Below, piece by piece: positions 19,699 to 20,000 of a DNA stretch of 20,000 nt. Below the pieces are notes generated by a model, which saw nothing but the letters and a program-made list of their open reading frames with translations, ran no database searches and was not told where the DNA came from. A program made the position numbers and the translations under genes. Position 1 is the stretch's first letter; each line of letters starts with the position of its first letter. The DNA comes from Plasmodiophora brassicae (taxonomy: Eukaryota). The stretch covers positions 605,472-625,471 of the forward strand of contig CP145428.1 in the NCBI GenBank assembly GCA_036867785.1, written 5' to 3'.

Positions 19699-20000
19699 AG
19701 GGTTTTTTTAGGGTTTTAGGGTTTTTTAGGGTTTTTTTAGGGTTTTTAGGGTTTTAGGGTTTTAGGGTTTTAGGGTTTAGGGTTTTAGGGTTTTAGGGTT
19801 TTAGGGTTTTAGGGTTTTAGGGTTTTAGGGTTTTAGGGTTTTAGGGTTTTAGGGTTTTAGGGTTTTAGGGTTTTAGGGTTTTAGGGTTTTAGGGTTTTAG
19901 GGTTTTAGGGTTTTAGGGTTTTAGGGTTTTAGGGTTTTAGGGTTTTAGGGTTTTAGGGTTTTAGGGTTTTAGGGTTTTAGGGTTTTAGGGTTTTAGGGTT
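19697..20000 (+). repeat. Telomere (TTTTAGGG)n
   Basis: Perfect TTTTAGGG array from ~19783 to the window end, G-rich strand pointing outward. Proximal units have T3-T7 variants. Confidence 0.98.

Overview
GC-rich eukaryotic chromosome end. The (TTTTAGGG)n telomere, ~60% GC and 50-80 nt GT-AG introns suggest a phytomyxid such as Plasmodiophora brassicae (inference). Left to right: (1) last three exons of a class C (GABA-B-like) GPCR gene; (2) a frameshifted partial paralogue of the large gene further right; (3) an intronless 620-aa candidate secreted effector with signal peptide, two U-box-like domains, two 153-aa repeats and a C-terminal NLS; (4) an intact Crypton-like tyrosine recombinase gene flanked on both sides by shared short motifs and palindromes; (5) a possible decayed plus-strand gene; (6) a string of minus-strand ORFs (18347-9910) that can be joined, in phase, by ten short GT-AG introns into one ~2615-aa protein with an N-terminal Ulp1/SENP (C48) SUMO protease, a ~1300-aa unknown core and a C-terminal USP (C19) deubiquitinase; (7) ~6.9 copies of a 144-bp subtelomeric repeat truncated by (8) the telomere. 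The main hypothesis is a subtelomeric, tyrosine-recombinase-associated ubiquitin/SUMO-editing module. All domain calls are by eye and need HMM and RNA-seq confirmation.
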